A DNA stretch of 64,000 nt from the human T2T-CHM13v2.0 reference genome, Homo sapiens. The translations under genes and the position numbers were made by a program. The notes under the pieces were generated by a model. It saw only the letters and a list, made by a program, of their open reading frames with translations, searched no databases and had not been told where the DNA came from. Where the stretch lies: NCBI RefSeq assembly GCF_009914755.1, contig NC_060936.1; one strand, written 5' to 3'. Below, in pieces: positions 45,141 through 58,644 of the stretch (position 1 is its first letter; every line of letters begins with the position of its first letter).

Positions 45141-45819
45141 TTAAATTTAAAATATGTCTATTTGTTTAATTATTATCTTGCAAAATATAGTACAAAAAAT
45201 AAATATTCTTTCAGTGAAATCTTTTTAAATTTATACAAATTGTATTTATCATCTTACCTTGCATTTATCCCTTTTATGGGTTCCAAATGACCACACAATT
45301 TTATTGAATCTCACATTACATTTCCATTTTTACATCTTGCTATTTCTCTACTGTCACAATTTTTTTTCTTTTTAGGGGTGAAAATGCCTTTAACTTCTTT
45401 ACCTGGCAAAAATGACATGTCCTTCAAGGTACAATTAACATGCCATGTTGTTCATGAAAACTTCATGGTCACTAACATAAAAAATGATTTTCAGTTTTCC
45501 TGAACTTCTATAATGCTGGTTTCTCTTATAAAATATTTCCTTCTCTTGAAATTATTATTCTTGGCTTTCCCCTATTAGTTGGAGCTCTTTAAGGGCTGTA
45601 TCACTATTAAGTGCTTAAAATATAAAGATAAATTAGACAACCTACTAGTCTTTGAGGCACTCACACTCTAATGAGGATATTTATGTGTGTTCTGTATAAT
45701 TAACAATATTATGATATGATGAGTTCTAAAGGCTCACAGAGAAGAATAACGAATCCTACCTGGCAGGAGTTTGAATATGCTTTAAAGAGAAGATAAATGT
45801 AGGCATCCTGCCCTACATA

Positions 45820-46358
45820 AACTCTTCCTAGCCATGCATCCTTTTCTTCCCATCAAGAGGTGGCCCTGAAGATATGTTTGAGTAAATATCTATGCTTCTC
45901 CTAGCCAAGGCTGATCCTACAGGAGAAGCTTGGCCCAAGCTAGAGTAATTTGACAATGTTTTCAAAAAAAACAATACTTTGGAAATAAAAATTCTAAACC
46001 ATTATGTTATTAACTAAATTGAAAGAATACAAAGCCTGTGGTAGCTATTTTCCATCATGTACATGAAAAAAAAAAAGAACCCAATTTCAGAGAGATAGAA
46101 GAATGAAGCCTACACTGAAGGAAAGATAATAAAATGACATTTAGCTTCACAGAAAGAGACAAGGAGAGTGAGAAAAAGAGTTTTGATTCCAGGCTATTTT
46201 CCAATTTCTGACTCTAGTCCTCCTGAAGCTTAACTGCAGTTCTCGCCCTTAGGTTCTGTTTGATAGCCTTGTATGTCCTTCCATTAAATTCACAGTTTTT
46301 ATAAAATTTAGCTTAAGGTGATCTCTGGTACTGCATCCAAACAATCTCTGACTAAGAC
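45820..46358 (+). mobile_element. Old MLT1-type LTR fragments
   Basis: catcaagaggtgg..., ccttccattaaattc...ttagcttaag...tctctgactaagaca. Confidence 0.45.
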
Positions 46359-46734
46359 AGCTATGTAATAAAGGGTAAATAACAATTTGACAGATATAAA
46401 AAGGGAAAGGGCAGGACACTCCAACAAAAGGAAAAATTACCAAATATATGGAAATATGAAGTTTATGTTTGAGAATTATCAAGTAGGTCAGAATAGTTAA
46501 AACATGTGATGACTGACAGCATCGTTGAAGCCTCATTAAAAACACACTTAAACATCTTACTAACGAACTTGGACATTATCCCAACAGCAGTGGAAAAGAG
46601 AATGTGGAAACATTTCAACACAGATGTTAATAAAAAAGCCTGCAATTAAAATAGATTAGGCTCCCTGACTGTTACTCTGTGGCCTCAGATGACTTTCTTC
46701 CTCTTTATTCTCCTCCTCCAATTAATGATAGTAA

Positions 46735-46930
46735 TAATAATAATAGGCAATACTAGTAGCTAATATTTATTTAGTACTTACTTTGTGCCAAACAACCTAG
46801 TAGTTATTTTATATGTACTATCTGATTTCCTTATAGGAGCCCTGAGCTAGGGACTATTATTATCCTCATTGTATAGTTAAGAACAATGAAACACAGACAA
46901 ATTAAATAACTTGTCTTATGCCACTAGCAG
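46735..46930 (-). mobile_element. MIR
   Basis: tagctaatatttatttagtacttactttgtgcca...ctattattatcctcatt...ttaaataacttg. Confidence 0.7.
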
Positions 46931-47131
46931 GAAGTTCATATTTAGAGAGTATCCAAGAGAAATCTTTGGTTTAGTTTCAGGTTTTGGGTTTGTTTCCAAC
47001 CTTGTTTCTTCCTTCTATATATTCCTTGTTTTTCACTATTATTATAAAATTAAGCCAAAAACATTAAATATCAAAAGCTCTACTGAAATTGTTGATTAAA
47101 AGTCTTAATCTGTACTGAGAACACCTGTAAT

Positions 47132-47181
47132 GAATACTCGCCAGCGGTGTTTGTAGCTGCAGCATTTACCTAGAGATAACT
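47132..47181 (+). mobile_element. 50-bp MER75 left-end fragment
   Basis: gaatactcgccagcggtgtttgtagctgcagcatttacctagagataact is 45/50 identical to the left end of the MER75 at 44632. Confidence 0.85.
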
Positions 47182-47193
47182 GGTGGTAGGAAG

Positions 47194-47195
<2 letters not shown>

Positions 47196-47239
<44 letters not shown>

Positions 47240-47287
47240 CCCCCAACACACACACACAAACACCCCCCCACCACACACACACACACA
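47196..47287. repeat. Compound (CA)n microsatellite with C-run interruptions
   Basis: Seen directly. Confidence 0.97.
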
Positions 47288-47505
47288 TTTTAGTCTCCAA
47301 TATCTCTATTAGGGGTTTATATGTGTAATCTCTGCAAATAATCCTTTCACGCAAGATAATGTTTACAAATGTCAGGCTCTCTTTTCTTTTAACCAAATTT
47401 TGTATCATCAAAGCCACATCCTCATTTTGCAAAACTAGAACCAGTTTTGACCAGTTTCTAAGCATTTCTGAGAAATATCTCTGTATCCAGTTTCCAAGGC
47501 CCTAA

Positions 47506-47832
<327 letters not shown>

Positions 47833-49044
47833 TGAATTTGGTACTCTTTTATGACCTGGATGATTCTGACAGTGAGTGGTCTGATGACTACAATTATATA
47901 TTCATTTTCTCCAACAATAATAGCTGCAAAACATTAAAAAAAAAAACTTCCTGCTAGTCATAAATTTTGTTCTTCTGACCCCCAAATAATCCTGACTCCT
48001 CTTGACCTACATATATAATTGACATGAAAATTGTCACAACCAATTGAGTGGTAGATAGGGCATTGCACCCAGGAGAGTCTTACCTTCATAGCTAGGCTGT
48101 AACTTATAGAAATAACATTAGAAGTTGATCTTTTGCACCAACTGTGGTTAGTATTGCCTAGAATACAGTCCTGTACTAAGTATCACAGCTTAGATAAACA
48201 GAAGAAAGCTTATTTTGTTACCAAATTGTATTTCCTGCAAAACTGGCTTCACGTTACCAAGTTGGCTCCTTCTCTAGGTCTTCCTTGGTGATCCCTAGAC
48301 TATTCAGTTGAACTGGGATATAGAATAAGTGGACATTCAGAATTAATGAGAGGTTATTACATTAATAGCCTTTGCTAGCTTCATCATCCCTTTCAATGTA
48401 GCATGCAGGGCTGCAGGAGTTTTGAATTCAATTCATGAAGCTACTAATAGTATCCATTGCCTAATTGTAGTATAGATCATCAAAGGGAACTTAAGTCTGA
48501 GAAAGGCCCTTTCTGGCACCTTCACCCAAAAGCCCATGCCTATAATCAATAGATGTAATCAATGGGAATAAAATGGTTCTATATAGCATTTATAAAACTT
48601 ATCTCAAGGTTCAATCCTATATTAACCTACTTATTTCTGTCTCCCTAATAAATGAGTCCACCCAGACTGTACCTAAAAGTCTCACACATTCAAATACATT
48701 GAATATTTAACTATATTGTCAGATAATCCCTATGTACTATGGCAGTGCTAGTTGATAGAAGGAACAATTGAATAGCCCATTTTATTAACACATTTAGCCA
48801 TAGGTGTTGGGTTACATGTCATGAAAATTTAAGGTACTTCTTTTACACCCAGTTTTATACTGCCTTACTAGTGAAATGAATATCCTGGTTGGAAGAAGTG
48901 TAAGTTTTATATCTTTATTGTTTCAATTGTCTCTAACAATATTCCCCATTTCTATATCTTCTTTATCTGTAATCCTTTGTGGTGATAACTGGGGTGGCAT
49001 GAGCTAGTCTGAATCCTAAATAGAGAATTTAGGGCTCTGTCTTC

Positions 49045-49742
49045 TGTATCAGTCAGAGCCCAGTGAGGAAACATAAACTACACTAGTTATTTGTATAGAA
49101 AAAATTTAATATATAAAAACACAATAATTAGGATTCGTTTTCAACAGAGTAACTGAAAAGGAAAAATAACAGTGAATTATCAGGGGGATAGCAGTGATAG
49201 GAGGCAGCAATCATCCCTAAGACTGAAGAAACAAAGGCAGAAGTTTAAGATTAGTAAAACTTCAAACTGAGGATAAAGACACCTGCAGATTTAAAACACA
49301 GAGCTTTGAGGATGGCATGCTCACCTGGTGCTGGTTTCTCTAAACACCAGAAGGTGTTTAGAGGAGGGACCCAACAGCAACTTTGACTCAGACCTCTGAA
49401 GAGGGGGTGCCTGTAAACTTACTCTGAAGGTAGTTCTTCAAATTAAAGAATATTTGCAAATTAGACGCCTCTGCTGCTATGAGAAGGAATTGTACTCCTG
49501 GAGTGAAAAATCATTACTAGAATGAAACACACAGGAAAAGAAAGCAGTCATGAAGCAGATAAATGCACAGGGAGGAGCAAGTTTCTTCTTCTTCTTCTAG
49601 GCTTTCAATGTCTCTCTAGCACACCCTATCAACAAAGCCTAAAGAATACCAGTTAGAAAAGTAGAATTGTGGTGTATAGAGATTGAGCCCTAGTGAAATA
49701 GAGTATGGAACAGTGTGTTTGGAGCTCAGAGACAATAGCTTC
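49045..49742. mobile_element. Old ERVL-class LTR-like sequence
   Basis: Begins tgtatcagtcagagcccagtgaggaaaca...aatttaatata; ends ...gagctcagagacaatagcttc. Confidence 0.45.
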
Positions 49743-49884
49743 ATGAATGGCACTGCTGTTCCCTTGTCTAACGGTCCCTCCTGGCCCTATGGGTTTCATA
49801 CCAGTTAGATTTACACTGGTCCCTATTTCTGTTAACAAATAAAGCACAGTTTTAGAATCGTATCATTAGTGAAGAGAGATAGTG

Positions 49885-51045
49885 TGACTTGTTTTCCTAT
49901 TTGGATGATTTTATTTCTCTTGTCAGATTGCTCTGGCTAGCATATCTAGTGCTATGTTGAATAGGAGTGATGACAGTGAGCATTCTTATCTATTCTAGAT
50001 CTCTGAAAGGGGAATGCTTTCAGTTTTTGTCTGTCCAGTGTGATGTTGGCTGTGAGTTTGTCATAAAAGGCTCTTATTGTTTCGAGGTATGTTCCTTCAA
50101 TGCCTATTTTCTTGAGGGTTTTTTTTTTAATCATGAAGAGGTGTTAGATTTTATTGAAAGCTTTTCTGTATCTGTTGGGATGATCATATGGTTTTTGTTT
50201 TTAATTCTGATTATTTGTGAATCACATTTATTGATTTGCATATATTAAATCAACTTTGCAATTTATGAATGAAGCCTATTAGTCTGTGGGTCTATGGTAA
50301 ATTAACTTTGTGATATGCTGCTGGACTCAAGTTTGCCAGTATTTTGTTGAGGATTTTTGCATTTACATCCATCAAGGGTATAGGTCTGTATCATCATCAG
50401 GTATATTTGAAGAACAGAAATACATTTTTTAAAACTCATGATAATGGGATGACATCTTTAACACTTTTCCCATTTAGAAAAAAAAGTGCAGCTTGCTGCC
50501 AGAGTTCATTTAATTTTACATAAACATGCTCTTTGAGGCTGAAGCAAATCTGACTGATTTTCAATATGAAAATAAAATGTAAAAACTGTTCTTGGAGTTA
50601 TTTCTAAACAGAACTAACATCAGAATCATGTGAATCATCAGAATCATCTATTTTGGAAAACTGGATTCATCAACTGAATCTTTGGCCAACAAGGATATTG
50701 GCCAGCATTATCATTGGATGATGCCTGCTTCACAGAAGGAGCTAGGGAGGAGTTTCTCTTCCTTAGGAATAGTTTCAGTAGAATTGGTACCAGCTCTTTT
50801 TTGTACATCTGGTAGAATTCGGCTGTGAATCCAGGGCCTTATTTGGTTCATAGGGTTTTTTAAATTATTATTACAGATTCAATTTTGGAACTTGATATTG
50901 GCCTATTTAGAGTTTCAATTTATTCCCGATTCAATCTGTGGAAATTGCATGTTTCTAAGAATTTACCCGTTTCCTCTAGATTTTCTAGTTTGTGTGCATA
51001 GAGGTGTTTTGTAATAGTCTGAGGATCTTTTGTATTTCTGTGTAT
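49885..51045 (-). mobile_element. L1 (L1PB/L1MA-like) ORF2 fragment, interrupted at about 50391-50692
   Basis: Peptide [27 protein letters not shown]. Resumes with ggaatagtttcagtagaattggtaccagctc. Confidence 0.88.
50462..50692 (-). mobile_element. MER75 right-half fragment with its TTAA (50458-50461)
   Basis: ttaa|cacttttcccatttagaaaa...ttggccaacaa is the reverse complement of about 44908-45140. Confidence 0.9.
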
Positions 51046-52479
51046 TCCTCAATTGTGATAGAACATTGGATTGTCTTTTGTTAACTCAACATCATCTTCA
51101 CCCCTGCTAGGAATCCTTCTAAATAAATTTCCCAACATCTTCTTCCCTATGTGGTTCTATGTTAACATCTGTCAATGAGAAACCATCTCACACTGTTTAG
51201 AAGATGTGACTAAAAGAGACAGTTACAGGCAGACAAGTAGGCAGATGGCAGTTATATGATTTTCTGACAGTCTCCTGTGAATCACTCACTACAGTTTAGC
51301 TGAAACATATTATAGTAAATTTTTGTTAATCACTTGAGTTGGTTCTGCAAATTAAGATAGTCAGTGGGAGGCTCCCAGAGGTTCTTAAATTCCCAGCAAT
51401 TTCTAGGTGAAATCCACCTCAGAGTTCAAATTGAGATCATCTTTTCTGAATTCTGATTCCTCATCCTAGATAGCAGTTATATATGCCTCTAATTTCATGT
51501 GTTACAATTCTTTGTAATTACAATATAGAATGTTTTCCATTTTCTTGCCTGAAGCCTGACTGATATACATAGACAAGACTCAATATTTTCACTACCAAAA
51601 ATTAGTCCCATGCAAAATTTGGCTCTGTTATTTCTGGGAATACCTAAAATTGGATCTTAAGAGCATGTAATAGATACGGTCACTGCAATGTATCATGTAT
51701 GACACATACATTTCCATAATCCCATTTTACACCTTGTAAAGACAATTGGAAAAGCTTAAGCACTGTCACTGCCCATGAAGACAAGGAATATTATCCATCC
51801 TCAAGAAGATTTTCATGTACGCTCTCACCACATATGTCATTTTCACCCAGAGAAAGGTAGAAGAGCCTCCTCCCTAGGTTTGAGACACGCTTTTCCACTG
51901 GAGCTCTTCTTGTACCCAGAGTTTTACAAATCTCTCTGAACACTCTCATGAAATTATTTCCTTCCAAGAATCTCACCAAATCTCTCACGAAAAAAAAAGT
52001 TATTTCCTTTAACCAGATGACTTCGTTTGCAGTACTGGATTGGGGAGACGCCATAATATCTGCATAGTCCTCCTCCATTTCATTTTTCCTCCCACCCACC
52101 CCCACCACAAAAATAAATTTGTTTTACCTGGTAACCAATGATCCTTTTATCATATTAACCAATGCAAACCTCACAGGATGTTAAAATGGTATTTTTCTTG
52201 TCTCCATGTTAGCTGAAGCATAAAGACAATACACATACCTTCCAAAATGACAGCATTTTACTGCACTTTTAAAGTGGATAAAAGAAAAAATAATTCTTAA
52301 CTCCATCATTTACATTGAGGACAAAAAGATTCCTAGAAAATTTATAAAGAGGGTATTTGGAAGTGGTTATTGCTGTGTGGGAAGCTTCAGTCTGCTCCTT
52401 GTCAAAGTGAAGGGCTAGGATTGGGTTTCCTTTTCTTCATCCAAGCCTAGCGTGGAGGCCATGAGGATGTGCACTGTAA

Positions 52480-52855
52480 ACTTCCAAACTAAGAGCCCAG
52501 TTTCTGTATACTGAAATCTATTGTGTTACCCTCAGGCAACAGCCTAGAATTAGAAGAATACTGTGGCCAACCCATTACAGATAAATATGGGACTTCTCTG
52601 ATAGCCAGCTTTGGCTTACAAGTTCCTCCAACAGCCTTTGCTGAGCTTTCCTTAGACTGCACTGCAGTCTAGGACCCTTCCAACTTGGCTTCCTTCCTCT
52701 CTTTTTCACTAAGAGTCAGGCTTTTATTGCAGGTATGAAACTTTCTCAGCCTTCTCCAACTCCCTCCCATGTTATCTCACAGACATCTTTGTTAATAATA
52801 TTCTTGCACATTTAATCCCTTCTTGGCATATGCTTCTTGGAAGATCCAAACTAAT
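52480..52855 (+). mobile_element. ERVL LTR (LTR16-like)
   Basis: ccttagactgcactgcagtctagga...ttcttgcacatttaatcc...tgcttcttggaagatccaaactaa. Confidence 0.6.
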
Positions 52856-53638
52856 TTAGGTGGCAGTAGCAGCGTAACAGATGGCTGACCTGACTTACCT
52901 ACTGCCTGCCAGGTGAAGATTCTGTCTTGGTAAGTGGGGCATATGGCTAATCTCTGGAGCAAAGTGATGGCTCAATTGCTAAAACTTTCACAACCAATGA
53001 CAACCTGGGAAAATGTCCCAGTGTATGGGAATGCTGTGGCAAGCGTAATGATGCAGGTACTTGAAAAATGGAGGGCTGCAGGGAGGTAACAAACAATGCA
53101 TACAAAAATAATGGAGTTGACTGGTTACTGCTAAATTATGTTGACACCCTGCAGAAGGATAATGGGATTCTGAGGGTTTTTAGCAAGCACTTTATGGCTA
53201 ATTATGAAAGCCAAAAAGTCCCCGTGGTGGCTTATAAGGAGGTCATTATTTCCAACAGTAGAAGAATATATAGTTGAGCAGCAGGCTCAAGGCCTCATTA
53301 ACAATGAACTCTGGAGCTTCTGTGATGTTTAAATGCTCACTAAATCAGGTCTGTTATGCAAAGTTTATCTACCTCCTAGAGAAAGGCTGAGATCTTGAAA
53401 CATGGGACAAGTATATCCGGTTAAATGTCCTGAGTACATTGACTCTAACTCCCCTGGATCTTTGGGGCTTGCAGAAGTACCTCACTCTTCCCTAGTAATT
53501 GCTAGTACTTCCACTTTCCCAAATGGCAATAGATCTCTCCATTCCCAGGAGCTGCTCTCACATCCTCTCCGGTTACCAGGCTAATAACTGACATTAAATC
53601 TCTGTGTAACCTGGCTAGAAATGTGCTAAGCCTGGTAT

Positions 53639-54424
53639 TGAGAGGTGAAGCTGGCTGGGCTTCTGGGTCAGGTGGGGACTTGGAGGACTTTTCTGTCTAG
53701 CTAAAGGATTGTAAACACACCAATCAGCGCTCTGTGTCTAGCTAAAGGTTTGTAAATGCACCTATCAGCACTCTGTAAAAACGTACCAATCAGCACTCTG
53801 TAAAAACGCACCAATCAGCACTCTGTAAAAATGCACCAATCAGCACTCTGTAAAAATGCACCAATCAGCGCTCTGTAAGAACGCATCAATCCGCACTCTG
53901 TAAAATGGGCCAATCAGCACTCTGTAAAAAGGACCAATCAGTAGGAAGTGGGAGGGCCAAATAAGGGAATAAAAGCTGGCTACCTAGTGCCAGCAGCGGC
54001 AACCCACTGGTGTCCTGTACCACACTGTGGAAGCTTTGTTCTTTCGCTCTTCACAATAAATTTTGCTGCTGCTCACTCTTTGGGACTGCACTATCTTTAT
54101 GAGCTATGACACTCACTGAGGTCTGTTGCTTCACTCCTGAAGTCAGCAAGACCATGAGCCCACCAGGAGGAACAAACAACTCCGGACGCACCACCTTTCA
54201 GAGCTGTAACACTCACTGCAAAGGTCTGTGGCTTCACTCCTGAAGTCAAGCGAGACCATGAATCCACCGGAAGGAAGAAACTCCGGACACATCTGAACAT
54301 CTGAAGGAACAAACTCCAGACACACCATCTTTAAGAACTGTAACACTCTCTACGAGGGTCCGTGGCTTCATTCTTGAAGTCAGCGAGACCAAGAACCCAG
54401 CAGAAGGAACGAATTCCGGACACA
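53639..54424 (+). mobile_element. LTR12 (ERV9) solo LTR, 4-bp TSD gtat
   Basis: tgagaggtgaagc...tctagctaaagg...accaatcagcactctgtaaaa repeats...aattccggacaca. gtat at 53635-53638 and 54425-54428. Confidence 0.96.
53759..53941 (+). promoter_or_regulatory. Tandem array of eight ~24-25-bp units carrying CCAAT (NF-Y) boxes in LTR12 U3
   Basis: Unit caccaatcagcactctgtaaaaa(a/c/t)g. Six units keep CCAAT, plus one more CCAAT at about 53720; AATAAA TATA-like element at about 53968. Confidence 0.8.
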
Positions 54425-55496
54425 GTATGGGATGTAATAAACTATACATTTAAAGAATTGCAAAAGTTAGCACATATTTACCAATAAGTGATAACAGGGC
54501 ACTCCTGGCATTGGATTTTGAAGATTCTTTATCAAAGGGGCCAGATGTAAGACTGGATACACAAAAAGTCATTGATTTGGGAGCACTTTCTTAGGACACA
54601 GGACTCAACAGCCTAGCAAAGATCCCAGGGGATGGAATAAACTGCCAGGTTCTTATAGAATTGCTAATTAAAATGGTCACATTCATGGGCATAATGGGCC
54701 CCCAAATAATAGAAGCCAGGAGGCTGCAATTACCATAATCATCAGTAAACCTGATACATTTTCCTTGTGTTTGGAGGGTGAGTAGACTGATGTCTTACTC
54801 CCTATGAAAAATCTAAATGGCAAGAGAATGGTTGGCTAGGATATGATGGATAAGCTGAAAGAGAGGTAACTTAATTGGGCAGGCTACACAAGTAGAGCTT
54901 GTTATAACAATAAAACACAAATATTTTCTATTGACTAGGTGTGGACCACCATAAAAGACATAGCCAGAGTGAAATCAGCTTAAATCTTGGCCAGCAGGAC
55001 TTCCTAGAAAGTGCAGAGACCTCAGCAAACAGAAGCTGAAAGTATTTCCATTGCATAAAGGCTAAGAAAGAAAGAAGTGACAATCCAGAAGAGAAATACA
55101 TTCACCCGGTCAAGGGAACTGTAGAGAAAAGATTACCAATAATGAAAAGAAGTCTCCACAACCCACACAAGAGTATCAATGAGATGGAGATTCAGGTTTA
55201 ATATCTTCCAGAATTCTAACCTCCAGGTGGCCTAAGCTCTAAAAGAGAAAAGACCTTAAAGTTTACACCATCACAATGTTCTATATTCTAATTATTAACT
55301 GAGACAGTGTTTTGTGACCCATAAAGCCATCACCATCACAGTGCTTGCCTAAACTTGTCTTGGAGCAAGGGAATTACTAACCCAAATAACTTAAAAACAA
55401 ACTTGCTTCAGAATTGCATCACATGAGTCATAATTGATTCACTTTATAGTTAAACAAATTGGAGAAAACATTGATGAAGGTCTTGGTCAGTCTTAT

Positions 55497-56961
55497 CAGG
55501 CAACAGAAAGAAATAAAAGGCGTCCAAATTGGAAAAGAGAACATCAAATTGTCCCTCTTTGCAGATGATATAATCTTATATTTAGAAAAACCTAAAGACT
55601 CCACCAAAAAAAATTAGATTTAATAAACAAATTCAATAAAATTGCAGGATAAAAAAATCAACATACAAAAATCAGTACCAATTCAATACACCAATAATGA
55701 AATGGCTGATAAAGAAAGCAATCCCATTTACTATGGTTACAAAACAATAAAATACCTAGGAATAAATTTAACCAAGGAGGTGAAAGACCTCTGGAAAACT
55801 ACAAAACACTGATGAAAGAGATAGAAGACATAAACAAATGGAAAAACATAACATGCTCATGAACCAAAAAACTAATATTGTTAAAATGACAGTACTACCC
55901 AAAGCAATCTACAAATTCAGTGCAATCCCTATCAAAATATCAACATCATTTTTAACAGAATTAGAGAAAAAGTCCTAAAATTTGTATGGAATCAAAAAAA
56001 AAAGAAAAAATAAATAAAGAATCCAAACAGCCAAAGCAATCCTGAGCTGGAGCTATTCAAAGCTGAAGGCATCACACTACCTGACTTCAAAATATAGTAC
56101 AAGGTTATAGTAACCAAAACTGCATGGAATTGGTGTAAAAACAGATACACTGTTTTTACAAACTTTCAGGAAATAAATCCATGTATTTACAGCCAACTGA
56201 TTTTAAACAAGGGTGCTAAGAACATACACTGGGTAATGGAGAGCTTATTCAATAAATAGTGCTGGGAAAAGTAGATATCTATGTGCAAAAAATGAAACTA
56301 AACCCCTATCTCTCACAATCACAGAAATCAACTCAAAATGTATTAAAGACTTAAACATAAGACCTGAAAATACAAAATTAGAAGAAAACGTAAATACTAC
56401 AGGAAAAAGATTTTATGACTAAGATCTCAAAAGCACAAGCAACAAAAACAAAAATAGATAAATTGGACTATTTTAAGTTAAAAAGCTTCTGGACAGCAAA
56501 GAAACAACCAATATAACAGAGAGACAATATAAAGTTAAATGGGAGAAAATATTTCTGAACTACTCATCTGACAAGAAACTGATATCCAGAATATACAAGG
56601 AAATCAAAAAACTCAACAGCAAAAAACCCAACAACAATAAACAATCTCATTAAAAAGTGAGCAAAGGACATGAATAGACATTTCTCAAAAGACATACAAA
56701 TGGCCAATAGGTATATGAAAAAAATGCTCTATGAAAAAAATGCACAACATCACTAATCAGGGAAATGAAAATCAAAACTACAATGAGATATTATCTTACC
56801 CCAGTTGGCATGACTGCTATCAAAAAGACAAACAAAAAACAGATAATGGCAAGGATACAGAGAAAAGGGAACTCTTACACACTGTTGGTGGGAATGTAAA
56901 TTATTACAGCCATTATGGAAAACAGTATGGAGATTTCTCAAAAACTAAAAATAGAACTAGC
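55497..56961 (+). mobile_element. L1MA/L1PB-like ORF2 3' fragment (RT to C-terminus)
   Basis: ctctttgcagatgatataatc (FADD), ggcatcacactacctgacttcaaa, actgttggtgggaatgtaaatt. Confidence 0.9.
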
Positions 56962-57037
56962 ACAATGAGCACAAAGTAATTCTTTTCATTATAATGTTGA
57001 TAAAGTTCATCATTAAACACAGAAAAGAACCTAGTTT

Positions 57038-57374
57038 GGTTTTTTGTTCTTGCAATAGTTTACTGAGAATGATGATTTCCAATTTCATCCATGTCCCTAC
57101 AAAGGACATGAACTCATCATTTTTTATTTCTCACTCATAGGTGGGAATTGAACAATGAGAACACATGGACACAGGAAGGGGAACATCACACTCTGGGGAC
57201 TGTTGTGGGGTTGGGGGAGGGGGGAGGGATAGCATTGGGAGATATACCTAATGCTAGATGACGAGTTAGTGGGTGCAGCGCACCAGCATGGCACATGTAT
57301 ACATATGTAACAAACCTGCACATTGTGCACATGTACCCTAAAAGTTAAAGTATAATAATAATAATAATAATCAT
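57038..57374 (+). mobile_element. Very short twin-primed L1PA2/3: inverted part 57038-57126, sense 3'UTR and (aat)n tail; 15-bp TSD aaaagaacctagttt
   Basis: TSD at 57023-57037 and 57375-57389. 3'UTR gcattgggagatatacctaatgctagatgacgagttagtggg. Confidence 0.95.
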
Positions 57375-57766
57375 AAAAGAACCTAGTTTATAGGGCATCT
57401 TTCAAGGTTGCCATTCTCATAGCAAAAAAAAAAAAAAAAAAGTATTAATGCTGAGAAATATGCCAAATGATGTAAAGGCAAACATGCTCAGGGAAAAAGC
57501 AGAATAAACATTTGGCAAAATTATTTAATAAATGGTATTTGTTCTTGTGGCATAATATGTAAGACATGCAATGTGAAAGAGACAACTATTTCTATGTCTG
57601 TGCAATAGCTTTACAAATTGATATATTTTTTGAATCTGGAATATAATCTGGAATATAAATGAAGCCTTGATGTATGTGAGAAAGGAGCCCTCAATCACTT
57701 TGTTTTCCTTTGTATTAAAAACTTATGCCCATGCCAAATGGAAGACTTAAAAAAATACTGAATTAA

Positions 57767-58148
57767 TGCTATGGACTGAATAGTGTGCCCTAAAAATTCA
57801 TACGTTGAAGCCCTAAGCCCAAGTGTGACTGTACATGGGGATAGGATCTTTTGGAGATAATGAAGGTTAAGTGAAATCGTAAGAGTAGGATCTTAATCCT
57901 TTCGGACTGTGCCATAACAAGAAGAGAAAGATCGCTCCTCTCTACCCCCAACCTCTGCCTCTCCATGTGAGGACACAATGAGAAGATAGCAGGCTGCAAG
58001 CCAGGAAGAGAGTCTTCATCAAAACACAATAATGTTACCACCCTGATTTCACACTGCCAGCCTCCAGAACTGTTAGAAAATTAATTTCTGTTACTTAAAC
58101 CACCTAGTCCATGAGATTCTGTTATGGCAGCTCTAGCTGACTAAGATA
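57767..58148 (+). mobile_element. MLT1A/B-like solo LTR
   Basis: tgctatggactgaat...aaattcatacgttgaagcccta...cagcctccagaactg...ctgactaagata. Confidence 0.85.
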
Positions 58149-58644
58149 ATTACTATTAACTTTTAAGAGAGAGCTGGTCTAGGGAGTTTTGGTTATATGA
58201 ACATGGATAGCAATGGTTTTATTGAGTGAATAAGAAAAGTAGCATCTGAAAGCCAGTCCACTAATAGTTTTAGCTACAGAAAATTATTAATAGTAAATAA
58301 TATGCCTCCTGATTTTGAGTCAGTATTGAATAAAAACGTAAAACTTGTGACTTTAAAAATTACAGCTACAAAATATACATCCTTTTAAGATGATGTGCCA
58401 AGAAAGAGCAAGTAGACACAATCTGTATTTTCACGCTAAAAATCACTGACCAGTGATGACTTCCAATACTTCAAAACAATTCTTTTTAAGTTGAAAATAT
58501 TTACAATAAATATCTTTATAAAGTATCGTATAGCTAATTCTATAATTTCAAGTGCATTTCCTCAATTACACTTTAACCAAATAGTCAATGTTTTCATTAG
58601 TACAAATACATCACTTTAGGATCAAATATCACCTAATTTTTTTA

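Larger units (their letters stand above)
52856..54840 (+). mobile_element. Degraded ERVL internal (HERV16-like) gag region, interrupted by LTR12
   Basis: Follows the LTR directly; gag-like peptide GVDWLLLNYVDTLQKDNGILRV. Confidence 0.55.

Noticed and set aside
47900-49040. Possible decayed ERVL internal sequence
   Set aside because: Only a vague resemblance; no motif I could anchor.
53759-53941. Regular 25-bp repeat resembling a CRISPR array
   Set aside because: No unique spacers, eukaryotic context, and it matches the known LTR12 U3 tandem unit.
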